The notes under the pieces: generated by a model
The model's input: the letters and a program-made list of their open reading frames with translations, nothing else
Databases searched by the model: none
Told to the model about the DNA's origin: nothing
Source of the DNA: Octopus vulgaris
Taxonomy: Eukaryota
Reading direction: 5' to 3'
NCBI GenBank assembly: GCA_951406725.2
Contig: OX597823.1
Span: forward strand, 99,758,001-99,822,000
DNA length: 64,000 bases
Made by a program: the position numbers and the translations under genes
Part shown: piece by piece, positions 1 through 13,680 of the stretch
Numbering within the stretch: position 1 is the first letter of the stretch
Layout of the letters: each line of letters begins with the position of its first letter

Positions 1-250
1 GTTGGCCCCAGGAAGAGCATCCAGCTGTAGGAATTATGCCAAAGCTGACATTGGTGCTTGATGCAGCTTTGCAGCTCACCGAGTTCGGTCAAACTGTCCA
101 GTCCATTCCAGCATGGAAAATGGATATTAAATGATGATTAGCTGTAGAAACCATGCCAAAATGGACAGTAGAGCCTGGCATGGCTGCTGGCCTTACCAGC
201 TTCTGTCAAACCATCCAACCCATGGGAAACAGACATTAAATGATGATGGT
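1..250 (+). repeat. Two tandem short copies of the RTE-LINE 3' tail (…ggaagggcatccagctgtag…ccaacccatgc…ttaaatgatgatg)
   Basis: Matches the 3' end of the RTE element at 63030-63175 and ends in (ATG)n. Confidence 0.75.
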
Positions 251-629
251 TATACACACACACACACACACATCATATACACACACACATACACACATCA
301 TATACACACACACATACATGATTGAGAAAGAAAGAGAGAGGTGAGGAGAGAGAGATAGAAAGTAGTTGGTGCAGATACAATGCAAAGCTGGAGACTTTCT
401 AGTCTTACTGTGAGAAAGACAACCTCTGTAGTGCCGGTACCAGAAAAAAACAAAAAAGAAAAAATACACCCAGTCCACTAAGTAAGTGATTGACATCAGG
501 AAAGGCATCCAGCTGTAAAATCCCTGCAAAATTGAGACATTAGGGAAATCAATTTTATTGTCTAAACCAGGGAATCTTGTCGAACCACCCAATCCATACC
601 ACCATGGGAAATGGACTTAAAATGGTAAT

Positions 630-669
<40 letters not shown>

Positions 670-1470
670 TGTGTTTTGATATCATATCTTCATATTATGG
701 TGAAGCTGAGAGGAATGCGTTGCGATTTTTATTCAAATAATAAAATAACAGAAACTAGTCTTTGTAGCCATTTGCTGCGAATATGCTCTATGTCTCCTGT
801 AGAGTGAGAATGTTTGCATATATCAGTTTTTAGCTCCACTTTAGTAATTGTTTAGTTATTGTCTTAAAGACTAAAAGTATTTTAACCTTTGGAATGTATT
901 TATTAGAATGAAAAGAGTTTGACTCCAGTCTTTGGTTTCAACTAGAAGACAACACTAATGGACTGTTTTTAATTTTTCTTTTTCCTAATTAGTTAACTTT
1001 TCCTCACTATGTCTCACAGCAGAGAAAAATTGGGTGAAGTTGTTAGGTTTCTTTGATTGCAGATTCTGTGATATTTAGAGAATTTGTCCATAATTGTATT
1101 AGTGTCACATATATTGTATGTCACAGCACTTAACTGAATATGATCCACCAGAAAAGAATATAGCCTTGTTTTTCTAATAATTCCAAACAAGCTTTAATAT
1201 TGGTTGTTTAAGTGAGTTACCATTCTCAGAATGGGAGAGGTTCAGCTTGAAAGAAATAACATAGTCAGTCTGAGAGCATTAAATTACAAGACCTTTTAGT
1301 ATAGAATTCTTTGTCCGATTTTCTAGTTTTTCTTGCGCGTTATTTAGTATTCTGGCCACCCAGACAGCACTTTGTCAGACAATTGTTCTAGAATGTCAAA
1401 ATGCTGCACTATCAAGTTCATTATATTTTTGCAGTTTTTCTAAATATATTTTCTTGGGAAATTTAATTAT

Positions 1471-1699
1471 TTAACCATTATACAACCATGTTTCTGTTGA
1501 AATACACTATCCTTGTTTTAATTAATTTTGAAATTAATGAAGAATTTAGTAAAATAACTACCGTTATTAAGCTGGTGTTTGGAACAGAAATTAATTTGAA
1601 ATTTTGACAGAACGTTTTAACTTAGAATTTCTTCAAAACAAGAAGTCTATAGCCTAGAACCAGATGTGATTTCAGGTAGGTTGGTATCAAATAGGTTGA
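1471..1699 (+). mobile_element. piggyBac-type (TTAA) MITE, degenerate copy
   Basis: Internal sequence (gaagaatttagtaaaataact…attaagctggtgtt) is shared with 21322-21544 and 36122-36350; starts TTAACC. Confidence 0.65.
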
Positions 1700-2034
1700 A
1701 GTTATTTTCATTCTCTCATCTCCTAATAAAAGACTATTGGTATGTAATTGCCAAGAATGTTCTTGTTCCATTTTGATATAGTCCCATATATGTTATTCTT
1801 GTTGAAGCAGGCATAAAAGAGATGTCTATGACACTATAGCAGTGCATTTAGTATTTTATCATATTCAGAGTTTCAGTACTTGAAGTCCTAGGTTCAAATC
1901 TAACTAAGGCTGACTTTACTTTTGGGCCTTGCATATTACCCTAATTTTAGGATTAAATATTGGATGAGACATTTGGTTGCTAATCTCATAAAAATATGGG
2001 GCATATACCATACTTTCACTCATTGTTTTTAGGT

Positions 2035-2268
2035 GCCGATGTTGTTACGGACGGACATAGACACACTCTTGGACTCCCATTCTTGGCCTAGCAGAATGTC
2101 CAGGATGAAACAGCTGGTAAGAGAGGGCTAACTAGTTCTCATTTTCAGCTGAGTGGACTGAAGCCCTGTAGAATAGTGTGCTTTATCTTGGGACAGAACA
2201 TGTCATCCAGTCCAGGAATTGATCCTATGACATTATGATCCGGAGTCAAACACTGGAACAACTAGCAC
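2035..2268 (-). mobile_element. tRNA-derived SINE remnant (family related to the insert at 18649-18914)
   Basis: Degenerate A/B-box-like head near 2215-2268 on the minus strand; cagctgagtggactg motif. Confidence 0.45.
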
Positions 2269-2803
2269 GCACAATCACTTTAATTTAGTACATAAATAAC
2301 TAATTTAATATATAATTTTCAGACTGTTGTAGCATGTAACTGGACACAGAAAATATTGAAAAGATGATATGAATCCAATCATATTGTTTGAAGGTTGTTG
2401 GTGTTAGGAAGGGCATCCGACTGTAAAAACCCTGTCAAAACAGTGAGGCCTGGTGCAGTCTTCTGCCTAGCCATCCCCTGTCAAACCGTCCAACCCATGC
2501 CAGCATGGAAAACGGATGTTGAATGATGAACTTTACTAAATAATAAAAGATTTCATATGATTACTTTGTTTATCAATCATTGAGTTTAACATTGTAAGGT
2601 GGAAATTAATAAGTAATAATTACCAGAGAAAAACTTGACTGAAAAACCAATGAAGAGAGACGATAAAGATTTTCTGTTTGCAGGGTTAATAAAATGGATG
2701 GCCATTTTCCTGAACAAACCACGATATCTGATGGATATATTTCTTCAGAAATTACCTTTAACTGACAACTAAACAACAACAGCTATACCACCACCACCAC
2801 CAA

Positions 2804-3020
2804 GGTAGTGAGCTGGCATACTCATTAGCATGCCAGGTAAAGTTCTTAATGGCATTTCTTTTCACTCCGGACATTTCCAATTTTACTGAGGTCAACTTTG
2901 TCCTTCATGTTTACAGGGTTGATAAAATAAAGGTACCAGCTGAATACTGGGGTTGGTATAATTGACTAGCACCCTCTGCCAACATTTCAGACCATCTGCC
3001 TGGAGCAGAAAAGATTATTT
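2804..3020 (+). mobile_element. tRNA-derived SINE family A (gagctggcaga head, (ATT)n tail)
   Basis: Similar over its length to 8943-9157 and 9711-9938. Confidence 0.7.
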
Positions 3021-4747
3021 AACATCTGTTTTTTTTTTTCATGCCTGCATAGATCAGATAGAATTTGTTGGGGCAGATCTTTCTACAGCCAGGGGCCTTT
3101 CTACCAAATTTACTGTCAGTTTAGCAAATATCAAAAACATTTAAATATGTTATTAAATTCCTCAGAGAAAGAGTTGAAGCAGTATTTTGCAGACATATTT
3201 TGAGAAAAAAAGGTGAGCAAAGGGAGGCTAGGGTCGAGAATTCACGGTCTTGTACGTGAGATGACAAGGTATCAAGATGAGGGCTTGTATAACAGCCCCA
3301 TGCAACCAGTGTCTGCGTGCAGTGGGGTGTGAGTTAAATGTTATTGTTTGTCCTGCTTCTTCCAGGTGAAGAGGCAGCCATATGATGCAGCACGACTTTC
3401 CATCATATTTTTCAATATTGTCTGTTATAATATTATTCAATGTGTACTTTCTTTCCTCTTTTTAGGATGGTAAGGTGTAATTTAACTCTTATTATACCAA
3501 ACCACTTAAGGCCACCCTTGGTTGTATGACACTCACTTCTGGCTGGTCTCTTACAACCAAGAGCAGTCTTAGACAAAGCCCCTGTCTGCCACAATCCTCA
3601 ACCAGATCTCCCGTCGCCACTCCTTATCTGGCTGCTACTCAACAGAAGCACCTATTGCTCCCTCATGGCCATGCATAGCACATAGCTGAGCATTTTCTAC
3701 TCTCTCATTGTGATGGTATCCCATAAATTACTTAGCCCTGCCCTTTCTGTAATTATTTAAAGATCAACAAAATTTTAATTACTGAAATAATTTCTTATAA
3801 AAATGTAAATTCTTACACAATAAAACATCCAAACCAGTCTTTCCCACCCTGTTCACAAAATACCAAATTTGTGAATAAAATGGATTTTAAGTTCAGAGCT
3901 TCTGGAAGAAAACACTCACAAAATCAAGTGCCATTTGGTTTACAGTTTCATAATATCAGGAGATTTTTATTTCCATCATCCTCCATAATTGTTTTTTTTT
4001 AAGTAACAATGTAAACTTTAATAATAAATACAGTCATTTATTAGTATTTTATAGCATTAATACTGATGTACTTTGTATAGCGACAGATTAGACATGTGTT
4101 GCATAAAATTAGTGCACAAGTGCATTAATTGGAGTTGTCCTTTTACTGTTACATAGAATTGCTGCATTTGGCATTTGAAGATTTGTGTGTTTTCATTACT
4201 TTGAGGATTAAGAATTGTGGCCGATGTAAGTGATTGGTGAAATTCTTTCAGGTTTATAGTTTGGTACATAAGTATTTCTGCTATTCTATTTGTAAATAGT
4301 GACATTATCAATGGCTTCGGTTCTCTGTGAACCTAAGGTAGTAATCCAACTACAGAATAATAACTTGTCAGGGAGAATATTTTTGCTGAAAATGCTCAAC
4401 AATTTCTCTGATGACTTGATATATTTCATGTTATTGTAATCGTGTGAATCTCCATTGATTAACTCTGTTGAACTACAAGGAACCTGTTCTGATGTTTATT
4501 GCAGGAATCTTTGTTTCTTGGCCCTCTAACTTGATTGGAATATTTATGCCACCATTGATAATTTCTATGATAAAAACACTGGAAAGTTACTTAATTAAAA
4601 TTGGTGACAGCAATAATGGGGAATGTAAAAATCTGATTTCACTTTGTTGATTTACCAAAAGAAATGAATGCTTTCAAAATAGGCAGATGTTCGTTAGAAA
4701 TTATTTTTTAAAGCAGTCATTAGATTTCTATTTTTCTAGCAATTTTA

Positions 4748-4925
4748 AGGGGAGAGGCAAGTTGATTACATCAACCTCATTGCTCAGCTGGCATTTTATC
4801 AACCCCAAAAAGATGATAGGCATAGTCAACCTCAGGGGAATTTGAACCCAGACTGTAAAGATGGACAAGATACTGCTAAGAATTTTGTTTGGCATACTCA
4901 TGATTCTGCCAGCTCACTGCTGCCT
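4748..4925 (-). mobile_element. SINE family A
   Basis: Reverse complement of the 8943-9157 head and body (…attctgccagctcactgc). Confidence 0.7.
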
Positions 4926-4950
4926 TCTGTGCTTAATAATAATAATAAAC

Positions 4951-5493
4951 GCCCTGATGCAATACCACACAGTGGCTCTCATGGCTTCTTAACTGGTTGG
5001 AAGTGTTATGTACATGTTTTGTCTTGGTATAAAAGATGGCCTACAGCAAATATTCTGCTCAATACCACAGAATTGCTTGTCAGTTGTTTGACTTTAACCA
5101 GTTGACCATGTCCCTTAGTGGCTGACAATATATACATCTCTGATCACGAGCAGAAGTAGTGGGGGAGCATCATAGCCATGTGTTGAGAGGGATTCTTTGA
5201 GGTTTGGATAATTCACTTCTGGAAACATGGGTGTTTTGTTCATCCTTAAACAACCCTTATTCAAGGATCTTTTGAGTGGGATGGGCTACTCGACCTCAAG
5301 AAAATCCTAAGTGGGCCTCGCCTGCAAGGTCATGCTCTGTTAATCTTGATATGAGATCATCATGTCATGCACATGTGGTTGTGATGTATGTGCCTGGTGT
5401 ACCCTTCTCAAATGAGTAGTCATGATGGGTATACTGGGCTTCATATAATTGTACCCCAGTGCCACTTTGATGGCATGCACTGCTCTCTCACTC
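4951..5493 (-). mobile_element. ~540 bp interspersed repeat flanked by (AAT)n; inverted copy of 9158-9685
   Basis: Long reverse-complement match to 9158-9685; (AAT)n on both flanks. Confidence 0.85.
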
Positions 5494-6877
5494 AATAATA
5501 ATAATAATAACTTTTGCTGTTATAGCTACAAGACCTGAAATTTTTCTTGGAGGTGGATGGGGTGTGTAATTAATCCCCCCCTTCCCATACTCAACTCTGA
5601 AAGAAGGAAAGGCTAAGTCTTCCTTGGCAGAACTTGAATGTAAAATGTATTGAGTTGGAAGAAATACTGCTCAGCATTTTGTCCAGTATGCCAACAATTC
5701 TGCCAGCTTGTTGCCATAACAACTACAACAACAACAACAACAATAATAATAGTGATAATTATATTTCTTCCTTCCTATCCCTTGCCGTTTTTGCTGATAA
5801 GACTACTGACAAATGTTATGTAATAACCATAAGGTTTATTTGATAAAATGAATAAAAAAGAAGCATCATCCTCTAAAATGGAAAGCAACGAATATGGCAA
5901 CTTGTATTAAAAGGTTTAATGACACAGAAATGGTCAGCAGAAGGTGCAAAGAGATGCTGTTCCCTAGCTTTTGCGTCATCCCATTGCAAAAATTCAAAAA
6001 TCTTTGGGTTCTCTGGAGTACCAAACATTCTTTTAAATTTCCTTTCTGCTGCTAGAAAGTCTCTTACACAAAACCTGATAACTCTGTAGAAATAGTAAGA
6101 ACATTACATTTCCTCAAGATGAAGCATTAAACGTGTTGTTAGTAAAGGGCTGAGGTTTTTCTTTCATTCTTTTTTTTTTTTTCTTTTTTCCCCAGTCTAA
6201 ATCTCCAATGTTCAAAATTTATAGAATCTGTTTTGGAAAAATAAAGAAATAAGTAAATGAATAATAAAAATTCTTGAATAATATTTGCTCTTAATTTGTT
6301 TATTTTTATAGCATTTATTTATTTTAGTAATTCAGGGAAGTCAAATGGGATTTCACATCCCCCTTTGTTGTTGAACCGAATTTTAATTATTATCCCTTTT
6401 GCTCTAACCTGTTTCATTACACCTTTACATTTTTCAAGAAGAACAACTTTCTCCACTTTTTTCAATTCAACATCTCTACTGCTTCTATGCTTCTAAAATC
6501 AAAACAACATAACAATCATGACTTTTACAAATACTTTTTCACACATCTTGTCAAATCATAAAGTAAACTACTTGGATCAGCTTTTAGCTGTCAGCACACA
6601 CTAATGCATCCTTCAACAATTCCATTTTTTCCTTCAGTTTACCAAAACTACACCTGACTTGCCCAGGTAACCTTTCTTCTTTCTAACATCTTTTACTCTT
6701 CACTTTTCTGTCTTTTTGCATTATTACATCCTGTCTATTGGTGAATGCACTTTGCAATTTCATTGCTGTTTTTCTTTATTTAACCTTTTGCCACTTTCTG
6801 TTCCTTCTTTTAACTTTTTCTGATGAGTTACACCATATAGAATAAGCTCATTGTTATTCTTTATTATTTCTATGTTC

Positions 6878-7020
6878 CTAGTTCAAATTCTGTCAAAGCC
6901 AACTTTGCCTTTCATCCTTTCGGGATCGATGAAATAAACACCAGGGTCGATGTAATTGACTTATCCCCGCCCTTTCAAATTTCAGGTTTTGTGCCTTTAA
7001 TAGAAAGGATTATTATTATT
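6878..7020 (+). mobile_element. SINE family A, 5'-truncated
   Basis: gttcaaattc B-box, then gcctttcatcctttcggg…tgtgcctttaatagaaaggattattatt. Confidence 0.75.
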
Positions 7021-7400
7021 GTAGTTTTTGTTTTGTTTTTGTGTGCTCTAACTTGACCATCGATATTGTACACCATCACTTGGACGCTTGTGGCCAATAA
7101 AAGAAATCATCATTATTATTATTATTATTATTATTTGATGAAAACTCACAGGTATGATGGTAAGTATCAGCTGTCCACAGCCAGTAGACCAAGGTGATAT
7201 TTGTTTACTGATCATGCTTCAAGAACCCTGCAAAGAATTCTTGCAGTTCCAAGCAATACTGATTTTTGTAGGTGTTCTACCTTCACACTTACACTGATCT
7301 TTTCCAGCCATGTTGGTAGTTGAGTGCTGATACTTCCAAGTGCACCAATTACTATTGGTTTCACGTCTACTCTCTTCATTGACCACAACCTTTATACGCA

Positions 7401-7540
7401 ACTGGTACTTAATTTATCGACTCCAATAGGATGAAAGGCAAAGTTGACCGCAGCAGAATTTGAACTCAGAATGTAGTGACAGGCAAAATACTGCTAAGCA
7501 CTTTGTCCAGTGTGCTAACAATTCTGCCAGCTCACTGCCT
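7401..7540 (-). mobile_element. SINE family A, 5' half
   Basis: Reverse complement of the family A head, including gagttcaaattc. Confidence 0.75.
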
Positions 7541-7595
7541 TAATAATAATAATGATAATAATAATAACAATAACACTAATATTAATAATAATTAA

Positions 7596-8616
7596 TTCTT
7601 TTAACGGCCATAAGGGCTTACATAAAATTACACAAAGAGAGAAAAACAAGACAATACAAATGGGTTTTAAAAGCGTATAATCAAAAAATAACATAGAAAA
7701 TTAAACAAATAAAACTCCCCAAAGAGGGAGGCACTTTAAGGCTACATGGAAAAACCAACAAAAGCCACAGGTAGCCTGACCAACAGGACAACAGCCCTCT
7801 CCTTTTATTTTTACAGGCGCATGCTCAAAATGGGTTCTTTCACACTAGCCATTCTTCCAACATTCACCCACTTTTCAACAAACTTGCTAGAAGACAACAC
7901 TTCCCTCTCTACCCTCACTTTCCTTTTCAAGTAAAACTTGAAAAAGCTTATGAGAGTTTGGCCAAAGAGGAAAGTGCCTGTCTTTAGCCCTTTCAAATGT
8001 ATCCACCACACTACCTCTTTTGCTACAGTCACCGGACAAATAAAAATTGCCTGCTCCTCTTGGCCAAAGGAGAGTGGCAGGGCAATCCTCACTATGGATT
8101 CAGCTGATAGCTGGATCCATCCCACATGTGCCAGCAGGTGTTCAATATAAACTCGCAGGTCAGCAATGCTTGAGCACTGGACATGAGCATACAGAACGGT
8201 TTTGTCACTCTGCACGCACTTTGGGCAGGCTCCACCGATGGCACTTCTGTACGTTTAAAGTTTATCCCAAACGGACAGTGCCCTTTGGTAGCACTGCCAG
8301 GCCAGGGATTTCTGGAAATTATCCATAGGCCCCAGCCCAAAAGTCCTTCAGAACAGACCTGTAAGTTGATCCTTGTCGATGCCCAGAGCTTCCCCGAGAA
8401 CATTATTACACTTTTCTTCCACTAACCCTCTATAGAACGTTAGAGTGGAACTACCACTGACTGCATTGCCCAACTGGCAGAAGGCTGTGAATGCTTGGTG
8501 GCACTCGAGGTGCCAAGCGCCCCTCCTCGGTCTACACCTAATCCAGGATTGCAACTCAGTCAAAGAAACCAACTGTGGGAGAGTGAAAATGTCATGACAA
8601 TGTGGCAAGAATGATC
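7596..8616 (-). mobile_element. L1/Tx1-clade LINE 3' fragment (C-terminal zinc-knuckle region plus 3' UTR), degenerate
   Basis: ORF 7811-8215 (…TVLYAHVQC…AKEVVWW…KFVEKW) resembles the L1/Tx1 ORF2 C-terminus; T-rich 3' UTR ends …atggccgttaaaagaa next to (ATT)n. Confidence 0.6.
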
Positions 8617-8679
8617 CATTCACAGCCTTCTGCCAGTTGGGCAATGCAGTCAGTGGTAGTTCCACTCTAACATTCTATA
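8431..8679. repeat. Inverted repeat, 63-bp arms (8431-8493 and 8617-8679), 1 mismatch
   Basis: tatagaacgttagagtggaactaccactgactgcattgccc…gaatg and its reverse complement read directly. Confidence 0.95.
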
Positions 8680-8942
8680 CTGTGGTTGATCTAATCGACT
8701 TGCCCCCTCCCACAAAGTTTAGGCCTTGTGCCTATAGTAGAAAGGATTATTATCATCATCATCATTATTCTTTTTATCTCGGATTTTGTTGTAACTCCTG
8801 GATTCTTGCAAGCATAGCAAGCTTGCTGCCTCTAGCCTGTGGTACCATGCTATTTATTCTTTTCAACTACCTAATACTCTACTGGTTATTTTGCCCATGC
8901 CAATGATGCAATTATTATTATTATCATCATTATTATTATTAT

Positions 8943-9157
8943 GGCGGCGAGCTGGCAGAATCGTTATCACACTGGGCAAAATGCTTAGTGGTATTTCATG
9001 TCTTTACGTTCTGAGTTCAAACTCCACTGAGGTCAATTTCATCCTTTCGGAGTCGATGAATTGAATATGAGTCAAGTTCTGGGATCGATGTGATCAACTT
9101 ACCCCCTCCCTACAAATTTCAGGCCTTGTGCCTATAGTATAAATGATTATTATTATT
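8943..9157 (+). mobile_element. SINE family A, full length
   Basis: Head ggcggcgagctggcagaatcg, B-box gagttcaaac, central catcctttcggagtcgatgaa, (ATT)n tail. Confidence 0.85.
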
Positions 9158-9685
9158 GAGATGCCATCAAAATGATACTGGGGTACAAATATATGAAGCC
9201 CAGTATACCCATCATGACTACCTGTCTGATAAGGGTACCTCAGGCACATGCATCACAACCATATGTGCATGACATGGTGATCTCATATCAAGATAAACAG
9301 CGTGTGACCTTGCAAATGGGGCCCAGTTAGAATTTTCTTCAGGTTGAGTAGCCCATCCTGCTCAAAAGGTCCCTTAATTAAGGTTGTTTAAGGATGTTGA
9401 ACAAAACACCCATGTTTCCCAAAGTGAATTATTCAAACCCCAAAGAATTCCTCTCAACACATAGCTATGATCTCCCCCCCACCCTTAATTCTACTCATGA
9501 TCAGAGATGCACATATCGCCAGCCACTAAGGGACATGGTCAAACAACTGACAAGCAAATCTGTGGTATTGAGCAGAATATTTGCTGTAGCTCATCTTTTA
9601 TACCAAGACAAGACAATGTACATGATAACACTAATCAGTTAAGACGAGAAGCCACGAGAGCCACTGCCTGGTACTGCATCAGGGC
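9158..9685 (+). mobile_element. ~530 bp interspersed repeat inserted in (ATT)n; second copy of 4951-5493
   Basis: Reverse-complement match to 4951-5493; ends …gcatcagggc followed by (ATT)n. Confidence 0.85.
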
Positions 9686-9710
9686 ATTTTATTATTATTA
9701 TTATGACTAA

Positions 9711-9938
9711 GGTGGCGCAATCTGGCAGACTCATTAGCACGCCAGGTGAAATGCTTAGCAGTATTCTGCCTGCTGCTACATTCTCAGTTTAAATTCCACC
9801 AAGGTCAACTTTGCCTTCCATCCTTCAGGAGATTGATAAAATAAGTATCAGTTGCATACTGGGGTCAATGTAATCGACTCATCCCCTCCCCCAAAATTGC
9901 TGCCCTTGTGGCAAAATTTGAAACCATTATTATTACTA
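9711..9938 (+). mobile_element. SINE family A
   Basis: Collinear with 8943-9157. Confidence 0.8.
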
Positions 9939-10687
9939 TTTTCTGCCACTGCCTCCTGCTTTGCCCTTTTTTTTTTTTTACAAGAGAAGGAACTAAAAGC
10001 AACCCCTATTTACTGCCAAATGATGGATTTAGTAAAGTACACCTGGGCTTTAGATACGCTTGTACTCTCAATAATTCAAATTACAACCAATGTTCAAATT
10101 TGAGAGAATTTTCTCAAATTGTGTAGCCTTTACTGTACACTTGAGTAATTGGTTTAGTAAACTAAATCAGACTTTAAAAATACCTTGTACTTGAATGGTT
10201 CAAGTACAACAAATGTTCAAATTTAACAGAATTATTTCAAACTGTACTAACGAAACGAAAATGTAAAGTTGCCAAAGAAAAACTTCCAACAAACAAGTGA
10301 ATGAATGAAACAAAACATAAACAATGCCGGCTCTTAGTAAGTAGGTCTCACCTGAGTAATACAAGGCTTTAATTAGAGATTTAATGTCTGAATAATTAAC
10401 TTAGCCAACTGCTATTATGGCTGCTTGGCTATACACTGTAGTAACAACAGGCAGCACAGACAAAACGGAATCATTGCTGGAAACTGGAATTGAACTTATC
10501 CACCATCACCACCACTACACTAACAACAACAACAACAACAACTGTAGCTGCTGCTGTCTTAGTAACTAGGTTATATGAGCAGAACTGCTGGGAAGAACTT
10601 ACCAAATATTTTCTTTACTAGTTCTGTCTTTCTTTGTTTATTTATTCATTTAAAGGCTGCTTTCTTTTAATTTTGTTTCTTTAGGTA

Positions 10688-10898
10688 CTCTCTCTCTCTC
10701 TCCTTCTCTCTCTCTCTCCTTCTCTCTCTCTCTCTCCTTCTCTCTCTCTCTCTCTCTCTTATGCACACACACACTCTCTCTCTCTCTCTCTCTCTCTTAT
10801 GCACACTCTCTCTTTTTCTCTAGAATGTTGTTTAAAACTTGGCTGTTCTTTCTTAGACAAATTTTATAGACTTCAAATTTATAGTATTTTTTCAAGTG

Positions 10899-10961
<63 letters not shown>

Positions 10962-10997
10962 TTTGAAATTCATTACACACACACACACACACACACA
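10688..10997. repeat. Compound (CT)n/(CA)n microsatellites
   Basis: Directly visible. Confidence 0.95.
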
Positions 10998-12796
10998 TCT
11001 ACTGACAGTGATATCTTGATTAAATGATGCACATACCATCATTGGCTATCTTCAATGCAATTTATGTATCTGTTTGCAACACATGGATATGTTTTCTGAA
11101 AGCTCTATCGTTCATCATTGAAAACATTTTGTTCTTGCTGCCATTGCTGTTGCTGTGACTGGCAGAATTGTTGCCGTTTTAGCTACCAGCAGCAGCATTC
11201 CCATTTTGACTTGTAGCCAAATGATTCAGCCCAACTTGTATTCTGTACTTATCTAAAAAATGTAGAATTTTCAGCTTCACTTATTAAAAGCTAACTTTTT
11301 GTTCTGCTAATATCTCTACTCCTTCCTTTCCTTTTTCTATCTCACCTGAATAAAGGCCAGGATACTGCTGAACTCGTTTATCTCAAAAGGAGCCAGTTAC
11401 ACTTGTGCTTTTGTAATTACAAACTGTAAAATCTCCATCAAGGAACTTTTGCTCAGTTATTTCAATGCTTAAATGTACTTAAATGTTTCACAAGCTTCTA
11501 TCAAATATCATATCTTTATACTGGACATCTTATCACAGTATTTCTGTGGTCTGTGTAAGCAACGGCCTTGGTGTTCTTCGAATCGGGCTTGAATTATTGA
11601 AACAAATATCTATTTTAACTGCAAAATGTTTTGGGACAAATTGTTACAATTTGTTATAATATGAATTGCAATATAATAAATATAATGTTTATAGTTGTAT
11701 TTTAACATTTGACTCGGTATCTTCACAGTTTAAACTCATCTAAAGTTGATAATGGCTTCATAGCATTCTCTAAGAAAGAACAGATGGCTTTCTCATCCAC
11801 TATGTATGAAAAATATGTAGGTGAATGCTCCGAGCCACAAACCATGTTACAGCCTTACATCCAAGACCAAAGAAGAGATTTATGGACACATTCCACCCAT
11901 CTCTACTATTATTATACTTAATGCTTTGCTGACCACTCCTGAATAACAAATAGGCCATACTGGATGTTATATTTTGGAGACTTGCACACCCCAGTTGAGG
12001 CTGTGGTGGAAACTGTGGAAAGCTCTTTGGAGTAAATTGTTCTGTCCTAGCCATAATCTTTTGCTGGTATTTTAAAACTTTTTTTCAAATCCTTTTTATT
12101 TTTGGATGAGATCTTGTGTTTTCTTCTGCTTTTGCTGCAAACTCTCAAATTTAGCCCAAAACACACCGTACTTGGTGTGCTTTCAAGATATAGAGTGATG
12201 TTCTATGAATGAGGGGTAAATTGTCTATAGCCATACGTAATTAATGACTAATATCTTACTGAAAATTAATTTCGTCTGATATTCCTCTTTTTTTTTTTCC
12301 TTCTTTTTCTCTCTCTGGTTTCACTTATTGGAATGTAGCCATACTGAGTCACTGCAGGCTGAAGGCATTTTTAGTCAATCATTTATCGACTCCAGTGCTT
12401 CGTTCAGTCTTATTTTATCAAACTCTTTTTATCAATTAAGTTACATATTTCGCTGAAAGGGACACAATGCAACGGACCAATTTACACAACTTCTCACTCA
12501 CTCTCTCTCTCTCACACCCACTTGATGAACTTCCACACAATTTCATAGTTTCCTTCTACCAAATTACACTCCCCAAATATTGACAAAACCAGGGCTACAG
12601 CAGGAACTCCTCAGAAACAGTGAAGAGAACCTAGAACCACGTGGTTGTGAAGCTAAGATCTTAACTGCACACTTATGATTGTATATTACAGTTGTGATGA
12701 GAAATACAATACCCAATGACAAGGTCAGTCAGCCAACCTTGATTTGTTATTACAGAAGTAGGATATAGATTAGTATTGATTTTAATCAGATACACT

Positions 12797-13003
12797 TTGG
12801 CACAAAACCAGAAATATTGAGAAGTGGGGCAGGTTGATTACATGGAACCCAGTATTTGACTAGTACCCCATTTTATCAACCTTAAAATGATGAAAGGCAA
12901 AGTTGACCATGGCAGTATTTGAACTCAGAATATAATAAAAACTGAAAGAAATCCTGTTAAGAATTTTGTCCAACATGTTACCAACACTGCCAGCTCACCG
13001 CCT
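12797..13003 (-). mobile_element. SINE family A
   Basis: Reverse complement of family A (…tgccagctcaccgcc). Confidence 0.75.
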
Positions 13004-13491
13004 TTGAGTAGTGAATCCAAAAGAACAAGAAATCAACACATCATCATCAATATTTAATGTCTGTTTTCCCTGCTGGCATGGTTTGGATGGTTTTCTCATA
13101 AGATGGCAAGGGACTGTGCTGCCATGCTCCAGTGTCAGCTTTGGCATGGCTTCTATAGGTAGATGCCCTTCCAAATGCTGAACATTTCAGAGTGTACTGG
13201 GTGCTCTTTATATGATATGAAGTACCAGTGAGGTCACCAAATTGAAGGAGGTAGCTTTCTGTTCAGTAACGGACAGTTAAAGTGTGATGGAGAGACAGAA
13301 ACAGGTATGTTGCTGTCAAAATAGGTATCTTCTCCAGTTGTAAAAGAAATACATTGTTATTGGATTGATTCCTCAGTTTTTCAGGAATTTAGAATTATTT
13401 CAAAAACTCTTCTTTCATAAGCTGACACACAGATATAGGGATGTGCAATACTCTTTTCTCAAATTCAGATGCTTCGTAGAATTACTTTATC

Positions 13492-13680
13492 TTAACCCTT
13501 TTGTTACTCTTTATATCTCTTGAAATATTCTGCTTCTTTTTTTTTCAATTAATTTTGGAAGTAATGAATAATTTAGTAAAAATTTTGATCGAAAGTTTTA
13601 GTCTAAATCACTTTTAAACATGAAGGTTGTATCATAGAAGGGGATTGGGGTCTCAGTCAGGTTGGTATGAACAGGGTCAC
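13492..13680 (+). mobile_element. piggyBac-type MITE, internally deleted
   Basis: Starts TTAACCCTTTTGTTAC; internal sequence shared with other copies. Confidence 0.65.

Noticed and set aside
6820-6852. ctgatgag…ctc hammerhead-like start
   Set aside because: No GAAA or stem I partner follows
8943-9030. SINE heads as genuine tRNA genes
   Set aside because: Extended A-B box spacing, no complete cloverleaf, and continuous with SINE bodies
11500-12200. Possible ancient RT fragment on the minus strand
   Set aside because: Only vague motif resemblance with many stops; cannot be supported by eye
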